Positions 1 to 8,914 of a stretch of DNA of 64,000 nucleotides are shown piece by piece. Origin of the DNA: Mycobacteriales bacterium. Lineage in GTDB: Bacteria > Actinomycetota > Actinomycetes > JAFAQI01. The DNA is taken from contig DATAVE010000160.1 of the NCBI GenBank assembly GCA_036267875.1, forward strand, positions 5,420 to 69,419, in the 5' to 3' direction. The notes beneath the pieces are model-generated. The model was not told where the DNA came from. It worked only from the letters and a program-made list of their open reading frames with translations, and did not search any database. The number at the start of each line of letters is the position of its first letter. Position 1 is the stretch's first letter. The position numbers and the translations under genes were made by a program.

Positions 1-590
1 TTACAGAGACGGGCGTCGACCCGCGGCCGAACAGCGAGTCCACGAGGTTGACGACGGCCTTCGAGGCGGCGTTCGCCAGCTGGGACTGCTCGAAGCATCC
101 GAACCCGACCAACGGCAACGACATCCCGACCGACTACATCATCGCGTGTGACACCAGGGACGTCGCTTCGGCGAAGTACCTGCTCGCGCCAGCTGCCCTG
201 GAGGGAACCGACGTGAAGACGGCGTCGGCAGGTCTGAGTACGCAGGGCGCGACTTGGCAGGTCAACGTTGAGTTCACCGGAGGTGGCTCAGGCAAGTGGT
301 TGTCCCTGACCAAGGCCGCGTACAACGCGACTGGCAGTTCTGACAGCGGGTTTGCTGACGGCTGTTCGCCGCCGAAGGGCTGCAACGCAGTCGCCATCGT
401 GCTGGACGGCGACGTCATCTCCGCGCCCGCCGTTCAATCCCCAGGCGGCATTCCCGGCGGTCTCGTCGATATCACGGGCAACTTCACCCAGACCCAGGCG
501 ACGAACCTTGCCGACGCGCTGAAGTACGGATCGCTGCCGCTGAAGTTCACCCAGACCGACGTCGAGACCGAGTCGGTCAGGTCACCGTGA
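1..590 (+). CDS. SecD-like periplasmic-domain protein, 5' end truncated by the window edge; it ends without the expected C-terminal membrane domain
   Basis: The frame is open from the window start. The motifs AIVLDGDVISAPAVQ...ITGNFTQTQATNLADALKYGSLPLKF match the SecD periplasmic head domain. A stop at 590 comes before any TM segments. Confidence 0.45.
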   Translation, partial: TETGVDPRPNSESTRLTTAFEAAFASWDCSKHPNPTNGNDIPTDYIIACDTRDVASAKYLLAPAALEGTDVKTASAGLSTQGATWQVNVEFTGGGSGKWLSLTKAAYNATGSSDSGFADGCSPPKGCNAVAIVLDGDVISAPAVQSPGGIPGGLVDITGNFTQTQATNLADALKYGSLPLKFTQTDVETESVRSP

Positions 591-987
591 GGTGGGTGTT
601 CATACCTGCCATCTTGTGGTGAGAGATGGGGCAGTAGACGTCGTACTTGCCCTTGCGAAGGGTGATCGTCTTGGTCGCGCTGTGGCCGGGGTTGACGATC
701 CCGATCAGGGTGTCCTCCTGGCCGGGGCCGTCGACGATCAGGCCGTGCTTGATCTTGCCCTTGTTGACTGCGGTGATCGTGACGCGACCGGCGTGCACGG
801 TGGTACGGCTCAACGCGATATGGAACTCGGTTTCGATCGCGCGAACTGTCTGCGTCGAGCTTGCGGCGACAAGCTTCGGACTGGCGGCACTTGCTGTGCC
901 GGTCATCGCGGTCGCGCCGAATGACGTAACCAGCGCGAGAGCGCTTCCGGCGACGACGGCGTGGCGGGTGAGCTGACGGCTGGGCAT
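577..987 (-). CDS. secreted cupredoxin-like (blue copper) protein
   Basis: N-terminal signal peptide. C-terminal YDVYCPISHHKMAGM has Cys/His/Met copper-ligand spacing typical of plastocyanin/azurin-like folds. Confidence 0.5.
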   Translation of the reverse strand: MPSRQLTRHAVVAGSALALVTSFGATAMTGTASAASPKLVAASSTQTVRAIETEFHIALSRTTVHAGRVTITAVNKGKIKHGLIVDGPGQEDTLIGIVNPGHSATKTITLRKGKYDVYCPISHHKMAGMNTHLTVT

Positions 988-1104
988 TGCGTCTCCTCAG
1001 GAATGCGGGGTGGATCGGCTTGTCCTTCAACACACGACGTGCTGTCTCCGCGGGTTCAGTTACCCGTCCGCGGAGACAGCACGCGCGAGATGCCTACTTG
1101 GTGG

Positions 1105-1800
1105 TTACTTCGCCGCGAAGTAGAGGAAGAGGTTGGTGTCGATGGGGCCGACAGCCTTCTTCGCCTTGATCTGGTTCGCGAGGAACGAGTAGGACGCGTG
1201 CTTGTTGATGGCCTTCCACTCGGCGAGGCTCGTCACGGCGACGACCTTGACGTCCCACCACTCAGCCTGGCCACCGTTGGTGGTCGTAATGAAGTGCTCG
1301 TGACCCGGGGTCATGAAGTTCTTCAGCGCGGCGGTGAGGGCAGCGTTGGAGTCAGCGGAGTACGGCGCGATGGTGTGGATCGTCGACTCGAGCGCACTCA
1401 GGTCGATCGTTCCGGGGTGGTCCACGCAGATCAGACCGGCCGGACACTCCATGCTCATTCCCGGGAGCTTCGACGCAAAGTTGCCGAGCGGCACGGTGAT
1501 GTACAGCGGGTCGAAGTCTTTTGCCGGGGGCTTGTTGTAGTTGACGCCTGCTTCACAGCCGCTGGACGCCGCGGACTTCACGGACGTGTCGCAGTAGAAG
1601 CCCTTGGTGTAGGTGAAGTTGACGGTGTGACCGTCATAGAAGGACTTGGTCATGCCGAACTCGTCGACGCCCTTGCCGACGTGGATGCCGTTGCTGGGCG
1701 TACTCGAGGTGCTGGCCGACGCGATCCCGATCCCGGCCGCTGTGACGGCAGCGATACCAGCCGCGAGAACCCTCACGCGGTTGCTGGTGATGAAGCTCAT
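1105..1800 (-). CDS. secreted hypothetical protein
   Basis: 231-aa ORF with a signal peptide (AAGIAAVTAAGIGIASA) and coding-like composition. No recognisable catalytic motif. Confidence 0.45.
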   Translation of the reverse strand: MSFITSNRVRVLAAGIAAVTAAGIGIASASTSSTPSNGIHVGKGVDEFGMTKSFYDGHTVNFTYTKGFYCDTSVKSAASSGCEAGVNYNKPPAKDFDPLYITVPLGNFASKLPGMSMECPAGLICVDHPGTIDLSALESTIHTIAPYSADSNAALTAALKNFMTPGHEHFITTTNGGQAEWWDVKVVAVTSLAEWKAINKHASYSFLANQIKAKKAVGPIDTNLFLYFAAK

Positions 1801-2002
1801 TGATGGTCTCCCTTCGCCCGACCGTCATCGGTCGGTGCAAGGGAGGTTCGGGGGCCGGTCAGATCCGGACCACATTTCGGCCAGATTGATTCGCCGCGTC
1901 AGGTGCTGGTGACCCGAACGCGATTGCCTTCCTGCATCGCCAGTCCGGCAACCACCCGTGCGCGCGGCGTCATGGTCACGAGCCTGCCATCTGTGCCAGC
2001 GG

Positions 2003-2731
2003 TCAGGTCCCGCCGATCGAGGTCCGACCGCCGCGCAGGTTGTGGTCGCCCGTTGCGAGATTGGCGGTCGCACCCGATCGTCTGCCGGCCATCAGCCCGC
2101 CGCGGTCGGAGATCGAGATCCGCGACGTGCTGAGCCGGGGAAACCGCTCCCGCAGCACCGTGGCCACCTCGTCTTCCCGGTTGCGTAGCGCGAGTGCGGT
2201 TGACGCTCCGCCCGACTCGGCAACGGCATCCGATCGCGCCTGCTGGAGTCGCTCGCCGACCTCGGCGGCGAAGCCGATCAGGAATGCTCGACGAAAGGCG
2301 CGCCCGCTGGCTGGCTGCCGTCGCAGGCTCGTCGCTGCCTGCAACAGCAAGCTGGTGAACAGCAGATCGACGAGCTGAAGGTCGCTGTCGAAGCCGACCA
2401 TCGTCGCCTTCGCCGACTCGCCGCTGTGGGTAATCACGCGCACCCCGTGGGCGCGGGCTACCGCGCTCAGTAGAACAACCTTGGCTGAGGCGTACGGCGA
2501 GTCGATCGCGATGGTTCGTACCTCGGGCTTCGTGCGTACGTCGGATCGCGCGGCGAGCAGCGCCTCGTCGATCGCGTGCTTGACGATCAGCCGCTCGGCC
2601 GCCGTCGCCGCGGCCTCGGCCTCGGCGGGAGGCGTGCCGGGATGCTCGGCCATCGCGAGCAGCTTGCGAATCCGAGCAAGTACGGCGTCGTCGACAGGCA
2701 TGCCCGCGATCGTGTCAGTGCGCCCCGACAC
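2003..2731 (-). CDS. DUF2786-like protein
   Basis: N-terminal LARIRKLLAMAEHPGTPPAEAEAA motif typical of DUF2786 proteins. Confidence 0.5.
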   Translation of the reverse strand: MSGRTDTIAGMPVDDAVLARIRKLLAMAEHPGTPPAEAEAAATAAERLIVKHAIDEALLAARSDVRTKPEVRTIAIDSPYASAKVVLLSAVARAHGVRVITHSGESAKATMVGFDSDLQLVDLLFTSLLLQAATSLRRQPASGRAFRRAFLIGFAAEVGERLQQARSDAVAESGGASTALALRNREDEVATVLRERFPRLSTSRISISDRGGLMAGRRSGATANLATGDHNLRGGRTSIGGT

Positions 2732-2800
2732 GATCCGCCGAGCCCAACGTAAGTTACGAAAGTCGGCACAAGTTAGGCCACCTACGTAGGGCTCGACCCC

Positions 2801-4072
2801 TCACGAACGCAAGGTACCGAGGCACTTGTAGAACGTGTGGATGACCTCGTTGCCGTAGTCGGGCTTGTGCGCCATTGCGTTGCGAACGAAGCCGCCGCTG
2901 ACTCGGCGTACCGGATCCGCAAACGCGACCTGACCGCCGGCGCCTAGTCCGCCAATCGCGGTTGGCGTCGGGCCGAACCAGCGCGGGCCCTTGGCCGGCG
3001 CGTCGTTGTAGAGATAGCCGAGCGTTCGCGTCACCGCGGTTGTCTTCTCGAGCTTGCCGAGCTTGACCATCCACTTCGGCAACGACTCGGTGATGGTCAC
3101 GTCGCCCGCCGTGATGACCGGCTGGCTCCACTTGCGTACCGACGCCTCGGATACGAACCGGCGGCCATCGACCTCGCCGCCGAGCGCCAGGATGGAGAAG
3201 AAGCGCGCCAGCGCCGGAGCAGTCGCAAGCCCGCTGCTGGCCATCACCTCGGCACGCAAGATTCCGCCGTGCTCCATCATGTCGACGACTTGCATCACCA
3301 GCGACGAGTCGCCGTTGCCTGCCATCGCCATCCCGGCGAACGTCGTCGGGTCGGTCATCTTGGTCATCACTCGCGGAATTAGCTGCTTCTGCGGGAAGCC
3401 CAGCTCATCGGGATCGAAGGTGATGACCTTCGCTACTCGCGCTAGGTCAGCGTCGGTCGCCGCGATGTGAATGTCGAGTCCGAGTGGCTCGATGACCTCG
3501 GTACGAAGGAACGTCCCCGGGCTCACGCCGGTGATGCGACGTACGACCTCGCCGACCAGCCAGCCGAAAGTCAGCGCGTGATAGCCGTGACGGGTGCCCG
3601 GCGCCCAGGCAAGCGGCTCCGCCGCGATCGCCGCCGCGATCGCCTTGTAGTCGTCCCAGCCCTCGCCGTCGCCCTTCATCAGGCGCAGCTGAGGCGGCAC
3701 CCGGATCGCGCCTGCGGTGTGCGACATCAGCTGACGGACGGTGACCTCGTCCTTGCCCGCGGCCGCAAACTCCGGCCAGTACTTCGCGACCTTCGCGTCG
3801 AGGTCGATCTCGCCTCGGTCGTCGAGCAGCTGCACGTCGAAGGCAAGAAAGGACTTGGTGACCGACATCAGAACCGCGAGGGTGTCGGGCTGCCACGCCA
3901 CGCCGGGCGAGGCGAAGCCGGTGCGGAGGTCGACGGTCAGATCGCCGTCGACGTACGCCGCAAAAGCGGCACCGCCTGCCCCCGCATGGGCTGAGTTCAC
4001 GAGAGCATCGCGGACTGGCTCGAACCCAGCGGCGACATAGCCGTGCTCGGTGTCCGACGTCGTCGTCGTCAC
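2801..4072 (-). CDS. serine hydrolase, beta-lactamase/esterase (class C-like) family; paralog of 29143-30405
   Basis: 423 aa with an S-x-x-K motif (SVTKS) near the N-terminus, a GVAWQPDT region and ELGFP; GTG start. About 50% of the N-terminus is shared with the ORF at 29143. Confidence 0.8.
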   Translation of the reverse strand: MTTTTSDTEHGYVAAGFEPVRDALVNSAHAGAGGAAFAAYVDGDLTVDLRTGFASPGVAWQPDTLAVLMSVTKSFLAFDVQLLDDRGEIDLDAKVAKYWPEFAAAGKDEVTVRQLMSHTAGAIRVPPQLRLMKGDGEGWDDYKAIAAAIAAEPLAWAPGTRHGYHALTFGWLVGEVVRRITGVSPGTFLRTEVIEPLGLDIHIAATDADLARVAKVITFDPDELGFPQKQLIPRVMTKMTDPTTFAGMAMAGNGDSSLVMQVVDMMEHGGILRAEVMASSGLATAPALARFFSILALGGEVDGRRFVSEASVRKWSQPVITAGDVTITESLPKWMVKLGKLEKTTAVTRTLGYLYNDAPAKGPRWFGPTPTAIGGLGAGGQVAFADPVRRVSGGFVRNAMAHKPDYGNEVIHTFYKCLGTLRS

Positions 4073-4087
4073 GCAAGCCTCCCTTGT

Positions 4088-4117
4088 GCGGTACCGAAAG
4101 CGCCCCTACAGTACCGC
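4088..4117. promoter_or_regulatory. candidate TetR operator: inverted repeat GCGGTAC-N16-GTACCGC in the divergent hydrolase/tetR intergenic region
   Basis: Perfect 7-bp arms read directly from the sequence, lying between the GTG start of the hydrolase (about 4072, minus strand) and the ATG of the TetR gene (about 4120). Confidence 0.4.
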
Positions 4118-4119
4118 GC

Positions 4120-4758
4120 ATGACGACGGTGTCCAGGGCCTCTGCTGCGCCCGCGCCGCCTGATCTGATGGCCGACAACAACTACGGCCCCCGTCATCTC
4201 GAGATTCTCGACGGACTCGAGACGATCGTCCTGACAGAAGGCTTCCGCGACCTCACCGTGGGTGGCCTTGCCGAGCGGCTGAGGTGCTCGCGACGGACGC
4301 TCTACGAGATCGCTGACAGCAAAGAGGGCCTCGTCCTCATCGTCATCGACCGGGTGATGCGCCGCCTCGCTCGCGTGGCACGCGACGCTGCTGCCCGTGA
4401 GGAGACGCTGCTCGACCAGGTACGCGCGTATCTCACCAAGGGCCTCACCGAGCTGCACCGCGCGACACTCAGCTTCACCGAGGACGTCGCTGCCTCGCCG
4501 GACGCGCAGCTGCTCGTCTCTTCGCACTTCAAGTACGCCCGCAGCATGGTCGAGCGAATGCTCGTCCGGGGGATGGAGACGGGCGAGTTCCGCGAGATCC
4601 ACCCGCGCATCACCGCCGAGACCTTCGACGCCGCCCTGATGCGCCTGCTCGACCCCGAGCTCCTGCGTGACGCGGGCGTGAGCTTCGCCGAGGCGGTCGA
4701 GGAGTACCTCACGTTGTTCACCGATGGCATCCGAGCGCCAGTGAGAGGAACCGCATGA
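4120..4758 (+). CDS. TetR family transcriptional regulator (alternative TTG start at 4084)
   Basis: HTH region LTVGGLAERLRCSRRTLYEIADSKEGL. Leaderless ATG at about 4120 immediately after the palindrome. Its stop overlaps the next gene (ATGA). Confidence 0.75.
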   Translation: MTTVSRASAAPAPPDLMADNNYGPRHLEILDGLETIVLTEGFRDLTVGGLAERLRCSRRTLYEIADSKEGLVLIVIDRVMRRLARVARDAAAREETLLDQVRAYLTKGLTELHRATLSFTEDVAASPDAQLLVSSHFKYARSMVERMLVRGMETGEFREIHPRITAETFDAALMRLLDPELLRDAGVSFAEAVEEYLTLFTDGIRAPVRGTA

Positions 4759-6299
4759 CCCTGACTCGTGGTCTGCACCGCACGGTCCAGCAGGACCCGG
4801 ATTCGATCATGACGGTCTACCGCGACCGCAAGCACACGCACGGCGAGGTGTTCGACCGCGTCGCGCGTCTCGGCGGCGCGTTGCGCGGGCTCGGCGTCAA
4901 CGACGGCGACCGGCTCGCGATCCTGGCGCTCAACTCCGATCGCTACTCCGACTTCCTGCTCGGTACGGCGTGGGCCGGCGGTGTGGTCAACCCGCAGAAC
5001 ATCCGCTGGGCGGCACCTGAGATCGCGTTTGCGCTCACGGACTCCGAGACCGGGATCCTCTTTGTCGACGACATGTTCGCCGGCATGGCAGGGCAGTTGC
5101 TCAACGATGTCGAGGCGCTGCACACGCTCGTCTACATCGGCGAGGCTGAGACGCCCGAGGGCATGCTCTCGATGGAGGAGCTGATCGCTGGCAGCGAGCC
5201 GGCTCCGGACCGCGCTCCTCGCGACAACGAGATGGTCGGGCTCTTCTACACCGGTGGCACGACCGGTCAGCCGAAGGGCGTGATGCTTAGCGCGGCCAAC
5301 CTGCTGACGTCCGCACTCGGCTCGATGTCATCGGGTTCGTTCGTTGGACCGAACTCGCGGTTTCTGCATGCGGCGCCGATGTTCCACCTCGCCGATCTCG
5401 CAGCCTGGTACTCGCTGCTGCAGCTGGGCTGCGAGCACATCATCGTCTCCCACTTCGACGTCGGGCTCGTCCTGCAGGCCTTCCAGGACCACCAGGTCAC
5501 AGACGTGCTGTTGGTGCCGACGATGATCCAGATGGTCACCGATGCACCGACGCTTTGCGAGTACGACGTGACCAGCGTCGAGCGGATCATCTACGGCGCA
5601 TCACCGATCGACGGCGACCTGCTGGCCCGCGCGATGAAGGCGTTCCCGAACGTCAGCTTCAGCCAGGCGTACGGCATGACGGAGCTCTCGCCGGTCGCGA
5701 CGATGTTGTCTGCCGAGGACCACACCGACGACCTGCACCCCAAGCGCCGGCGGTCCGCCGGACGGGCGGCGCCGCACGCGATGGTGACGATCGTCCGTGC
5801 GGACGGCAGCCTCGCTGACACTGGCGAGGTCGGCGAGATCGTCGTCGCCGGTCCGCACGTGATGCTCGGCTACTGGCAACGTCCAGAGGAGACCGCAGCC
5901 GCGCTACGGCCAGACGGGATGCATACCGGCGACGCCGGCTACCTCGACGAGGACGGCTATCTGTTCGTCGTCGACCGCATCAAGGACATGATCATCTCGG
6001 GCGGCGAGAACATCTACTCCGCGGAGGTCGAGAACGCCCTGTGCGCCCATCCCGCCGTCGCGACCTGCGCCGTCATCGGCGTTGCGGACGACAAGTGGGG
6101 CGAGATCGTCCACGCGGTCGTGGTCTTGCAGCCGGGTGCCGCAGCGACGGCTGACGAGCTTGTCGCCTTCACTCGGGAGCAGATCGCCGGTTACAAGGTG
6201 CCGCGTCGCGTCACCTTCACCGAGGCTCTGCCCATTTCGGGTGCCGGCAAGATCCTCAAGCGCGTGCTCCGCGACGAGCTCGCCTCCACCGGCGCCTGA
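4755..6299 (+). CDS. AMP-dependent acyl-CoA synthetase/ligase (FadD-like)
   Basis: AMP-binding motif LFYTGGTTGQPKGVML and C-terminal GEIVVAGPHVMLGYW...KVPRRV...GKILKR. Confidence 0.85.
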   Translation: MTLTRGLHRTVQQDPDSIMTVYRDRKHTHGEVFDRVARLGGALRGLGVNDGDRLAILALNSDRYSDFLLGTAWAGGVVNPQNIRWAAPEIAFALTDSETGILFVDDMFAGMAGQLLNDVEALHTLVYIGEAETPEGMLSMEELIAGSEPAPDRAPRDNEMVGLFYTGGTTGQPKGVMLSAANLLTSALGSMSSGSFVGPNSRFLHAAPMFHLADLAAWYSLLQLGCEHIIVSHFDVGLVLQAFQDHQVTDVLLVPTMIQMVTDAPTLCEYDVTSVERIIYGASPIDGDLLARAMKAFPNVSFSQAYGMTELSPVATMLSAEDHTDDLHPKRRRSAGRAAPHAMVTIVRADGSLADTGEVGEIVVAGPHVMLGYWQRPEETAAALRPDGMHTGDAGYLDEDGYLFVVDRIKDMIISGGENIYSAEVENALCAHPAVATCAVIGVADDKWGEIVHAVVVLQPGAAATADELVAFTREQIAGYKVPRRVTFTEALPISGAGKILKRVLRDELASTGA

Positions 6300-6302
6300 C
6301 GG

Positions 6303-7298
6303 CTACGCAGACTCGCGGATGACCACCGAGTGGGTCGGCAACGGCAGGCTCGACGTGTCCGTGCTCCCGTCGGCGCGGGCTTTCACGGCCTGCGCGATCG
6401 ACTCGGCGAAGACGGTGAAGTCGACGGTGATCGTCGTCAGCGCCGGCGTGAACGTGCGGCCCAGCGGGATGTCGTCGAGGCCCATGAGTGCGACGTCGTC
6501 CGGTACGACGACGCCCTCCGCGCTCAGCGCCGAGATGACCGCAATGGCGTACTCGTCGTTGTATGCGGCGATCGCTTCGGGCATCTCGCCGTTGCGGATC
6601 CACTCCTGCACGGCCCGTCGTGGATATCCCGGCTCGAAGGCCATGCGCTGCACCCGCAGCTCGATTCCAGCATCCCGAGCGGTACGACGCATTGCGGCGA
6701 GCGACCGCCTTTCGACGCGGATGTCCACGCCGAGCCGCGGCGGCAGCAAAGCGAGCACGTGACGGTGACCGCGCGCGGCGAGGTACTCGAGCTGCGTCAC
6801 ACGTTCGCTTCGCGCGTAGACGTCGCCGGCCGACTCCCAGCCCAACTGTCCAGGCAGGTTTCCCGACAGCACGGGTACGCCGGCCCGCCGAAGCTCCTCG
6901 AGAGCTGGGTCGTCGCTGGGCAGCAGAAGGTCGAGCACCGCCGCCGGAGCAAGTCGGCGCCATGCTTTGACCTGTGCCGATGCGCCGTCTCGCGGGGTGA
7001 AGTCGGGGACGAGGAACAGGCCTTCCCGCTCGAGCGCGCCGGCACAGGTCTCGACCAGGTTGGCGAGGGTGGGGATGAGAGTCAGCCCGGGCAGCGGGCA
7101 CACCACCGCGTCGGTGCGCCCGCGACGCAGGCCACGAGCGGCGGAGTTCGGCTGATAGCCGAGGTCGTCCGCAGCTTTGCGAACTCGCGTCCTCGTTCGC
7201 TCGCTGATTGCCTGACCAGGCGTGGAGTTGAGCACGTAGCTGACAGTCGCCTGCGAGACGCCCGCTCGTCGCGCCACATCGGCGCTGGTGACGGCCAC
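6303..7298 (-). CDS. LacI family transcriptional regulator
   Basis: N-terminal HTH VTSADVARRAGVSQATVSYVLN followed by a periplasmic-binding-fold effector domain. Confidence 0.85.
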   Translation of the reverse strand: MAVTSADVARRAGVSQATVSYVLNSTPGQAISERTRTRVRKAADDLGYQPNSAARGLRRGRTDAVVCPLPGLTLIPTLANLVETCAGALEREGLFLVPDFTPRDGASAQVKAWRRLAPAAVLDLLLPSDDPALEELRRAGVPVLSGNLPGQLGWESAGDVYARSERVTQLEYLAARGHRHVLALLPPRLGVDIRVERRSLAAMRRTARDAGIELRVQRMAFEPGYPRRAVQEWIRNGEMPEAIAAYNDEYAIAVISALSAEGVVVPDDVALMGLDDIPLGRTFTPALTTITVDFTVFAESIAQAVKARADGSTDTSSLPLPTHSVVIRESA

Positions 7299-7299
7299 G

Positions 7300-7396
7300 T
7301 GCCTCCCTCGACAGTCCGGTCAACCAAATGTAACTTATTCGATTCAGGACTGATTCGTATAAGTGATCTTCGGGCAAGTGTCAGAAGGGTCAGGCC
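7300..7396. promoter_or_regulatory. AT-rich divergent promoter/operator region between lacI and the SBP operon
   Basis: Locally AT-rich tract in a 70% GC background. It holds direct repeats ATTCGAT/ATTCGTA and a TATAAG -10-like hexamer upstream of the GTG start at 7397. Confidence 0.35.
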
Positions 7397-8914
7397 GTGG
7401 AGCTGAGACAGCGCCCGTCCCGTCGCGGTGGCCTCGCGGTCGCGGCGCTGTCCATCGCGCTGCTTGCCGGCTGTGGCAGCACCGTCGAGCCGTCGGCTGA
7501 GCGGACGATCGGCCCGATCCACGTCGGCATGGGTGCGCCGCCACAGGCCTCGACCACTCCGGTCACCGCTCCGTCTTCCGGCACGGCAGGCGGTCACCCG
7601 ACGTTGCCGTCCGTGACGTCGCCGGCTACGACCGGGGTGAGCACGGCTCCGGGTGTGACGACCACGCCCACCGGCACCCAGTCCACCCACGCGCCGGTGC
7701 AGACCGGGCCGATCACCGTCGGCTTCCTGACGACTGCGACGACGAACGCATCGCAGTACGGCGGATCGCTCGGCAATACGGTCAACGAGACGACGGTCGA
7801 CCAGGCGCTGATCAACGCGATCGACAAGCAGGGCGGTCTCGACGGCCGCCAGCTCAAGGTCATCTTCGCCCACACCGACACCGGCTCGACCAACTGGGAC
7901 AACGACTTCGAAGCGGCCTGCCAGACCTTCACCCAGGACCACCACGTCGATGTGGTGCTCGGCTACGAGTTCAACTACGAGCCCGACTTCGAGTCGTGTC
8001 TGGCCCAGCAGGGCATCCCGCACCTCGATGACGGCTTCAACGTCCCGAGCAGCGGCGAGCTCGCGAAGTACCCGCTGTTCTGGTCGCTGGATGTCCCGAC
8101 TATCGGACAGCGCTCGATCGAGAAGTTTCAGGGTGCGATCAACACGGGCTTTCTGACGTCCAAGAACAAGCTGGGGATTTTGCTCGACAGCTGCCCAGGC
8201 ACTCAGGATGCCTGGAACGGACAGGTGCTGCCGTTCCTGAAGTCCCACCACATCGACGTCGCCACGACCTTCACCGCTAGTTGCAACACCGGCAACAACG
8301 CAGGTGCGACCTCCGCAATCGGAAGCCTGACCAGTGGACTGCTGAAGTTCCGTAGTGCCGGGGTCGATCGCATCAGCTTCGTGGCGGTTTCCGAGGCACC
8401 GGTCCTCTACCTCGCGTCGGTCGCTGCGAACGCTCAGGGCTATCGGCCGGGCTGGATCGTCTCTTCGCTTGGTCAGCTGGCGATCATCGGTGGCGAGTCC
8501 CCGATGCCGCAAATGCAGAACACTCGCGGCTTCGGCTGGTTACCCAGCCAGGACGTTCCGCCCGCATACGCACCGAAGAAGAACGCAGCCCAGAGTCGCT
8601 GCATCTCGCTGCTCGCCTCGCAGAAGGTCTACCCGCGCTCGGCCGCTGACTACGGCTACGCCTACAACGCCTGCGAAGCCGTCTTCGTGTACGAGAAGGC
8701 ACTGAAGCTCGACGGCGGCAACTCCGATGGTCAGGCGATCAGCAACGCGATCGGAAATATCGGCAGCTTCCAGAGCACGTTGAACCTTGAAGGGAAGTCG
8801 GTGTTCTCGAGCGCTCGGCGCAACGACGCCCCGCAGGTCTACAAGCCGATCAACTGGGATGGCGGCTGTCACTGCTTCCGGTACGGCTCACAGACCTACC
8901 CGATGCCGTCGTGA
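7397..8914 (+). CDS. lipoprotein, LivK-like (type I periplasmic binding fold, HAAT family) substrate-binding protein A1
   Basis: Lipobox LLAGCGS, then a Thr/Pro-rich linker, then a PBP type-I domain (ITVGFLTTATTNASQYG...GGLDGRQLKVIFAHTDTG). C-terminal CHCFRYGSQ motif. Confidence 0.8.
   Translation: MELRQRPSRRGGLAVAALSIALLAGCGSTVEPSAERTIGPIHVGMGAPPQASTTPVTAPSSGTAGGHPTLPSVTSPATTGVSTAPGVTTTPTGTQSTHAPVQTGPITVGFLTTATTNASQYGGSLGNTVNETTVDQALINAIDKQGGLDGRQLKVIFAHTDTGSTNWDNDFEAACQTFTQDHHVDVVLGYEFNYEPDFESCLAQQGIPHLDDGFNVPSSGELAKYPLFWSLDVPTIGQRSIEKFQGAINTGFLTSKNKLGILLDSCPGTQDAWNGQVLPFLKSHHIDVATTFTASCNTGNNAGATSAIGSLTSGLLKFRSAGVDRISFVAVSEAPVLYLASVAANAQGYRPGWIVSSLGQLAIIGGESPMPQMQNTRGFGWLPSQDVPPAYAPKKNAAQSRCISLLASQKVYPRSAADYGYAYNACEAVFVYEKALKLDGGNSDGQAISNAIGNIGSFQSTLNLEGKSVFSSARRNDAPQVYKPINWDGGCHCFRYGSQTYPMPS

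Noticed and set aside
3447-4181. Overlapping ORFs 3447-4181 (-) and 3467-3994 (+) inside the hydrolase gene
   Set aside because: Alternative frames of a confident serine-hydrolase CDS. Arg/Gly-rich products.
7082-8512. 476-aa minus-strand ORF overlapping lacI and SBP A1
   Set aside because: Antisense to two confident genes with low-complexity Arg-rich translation.
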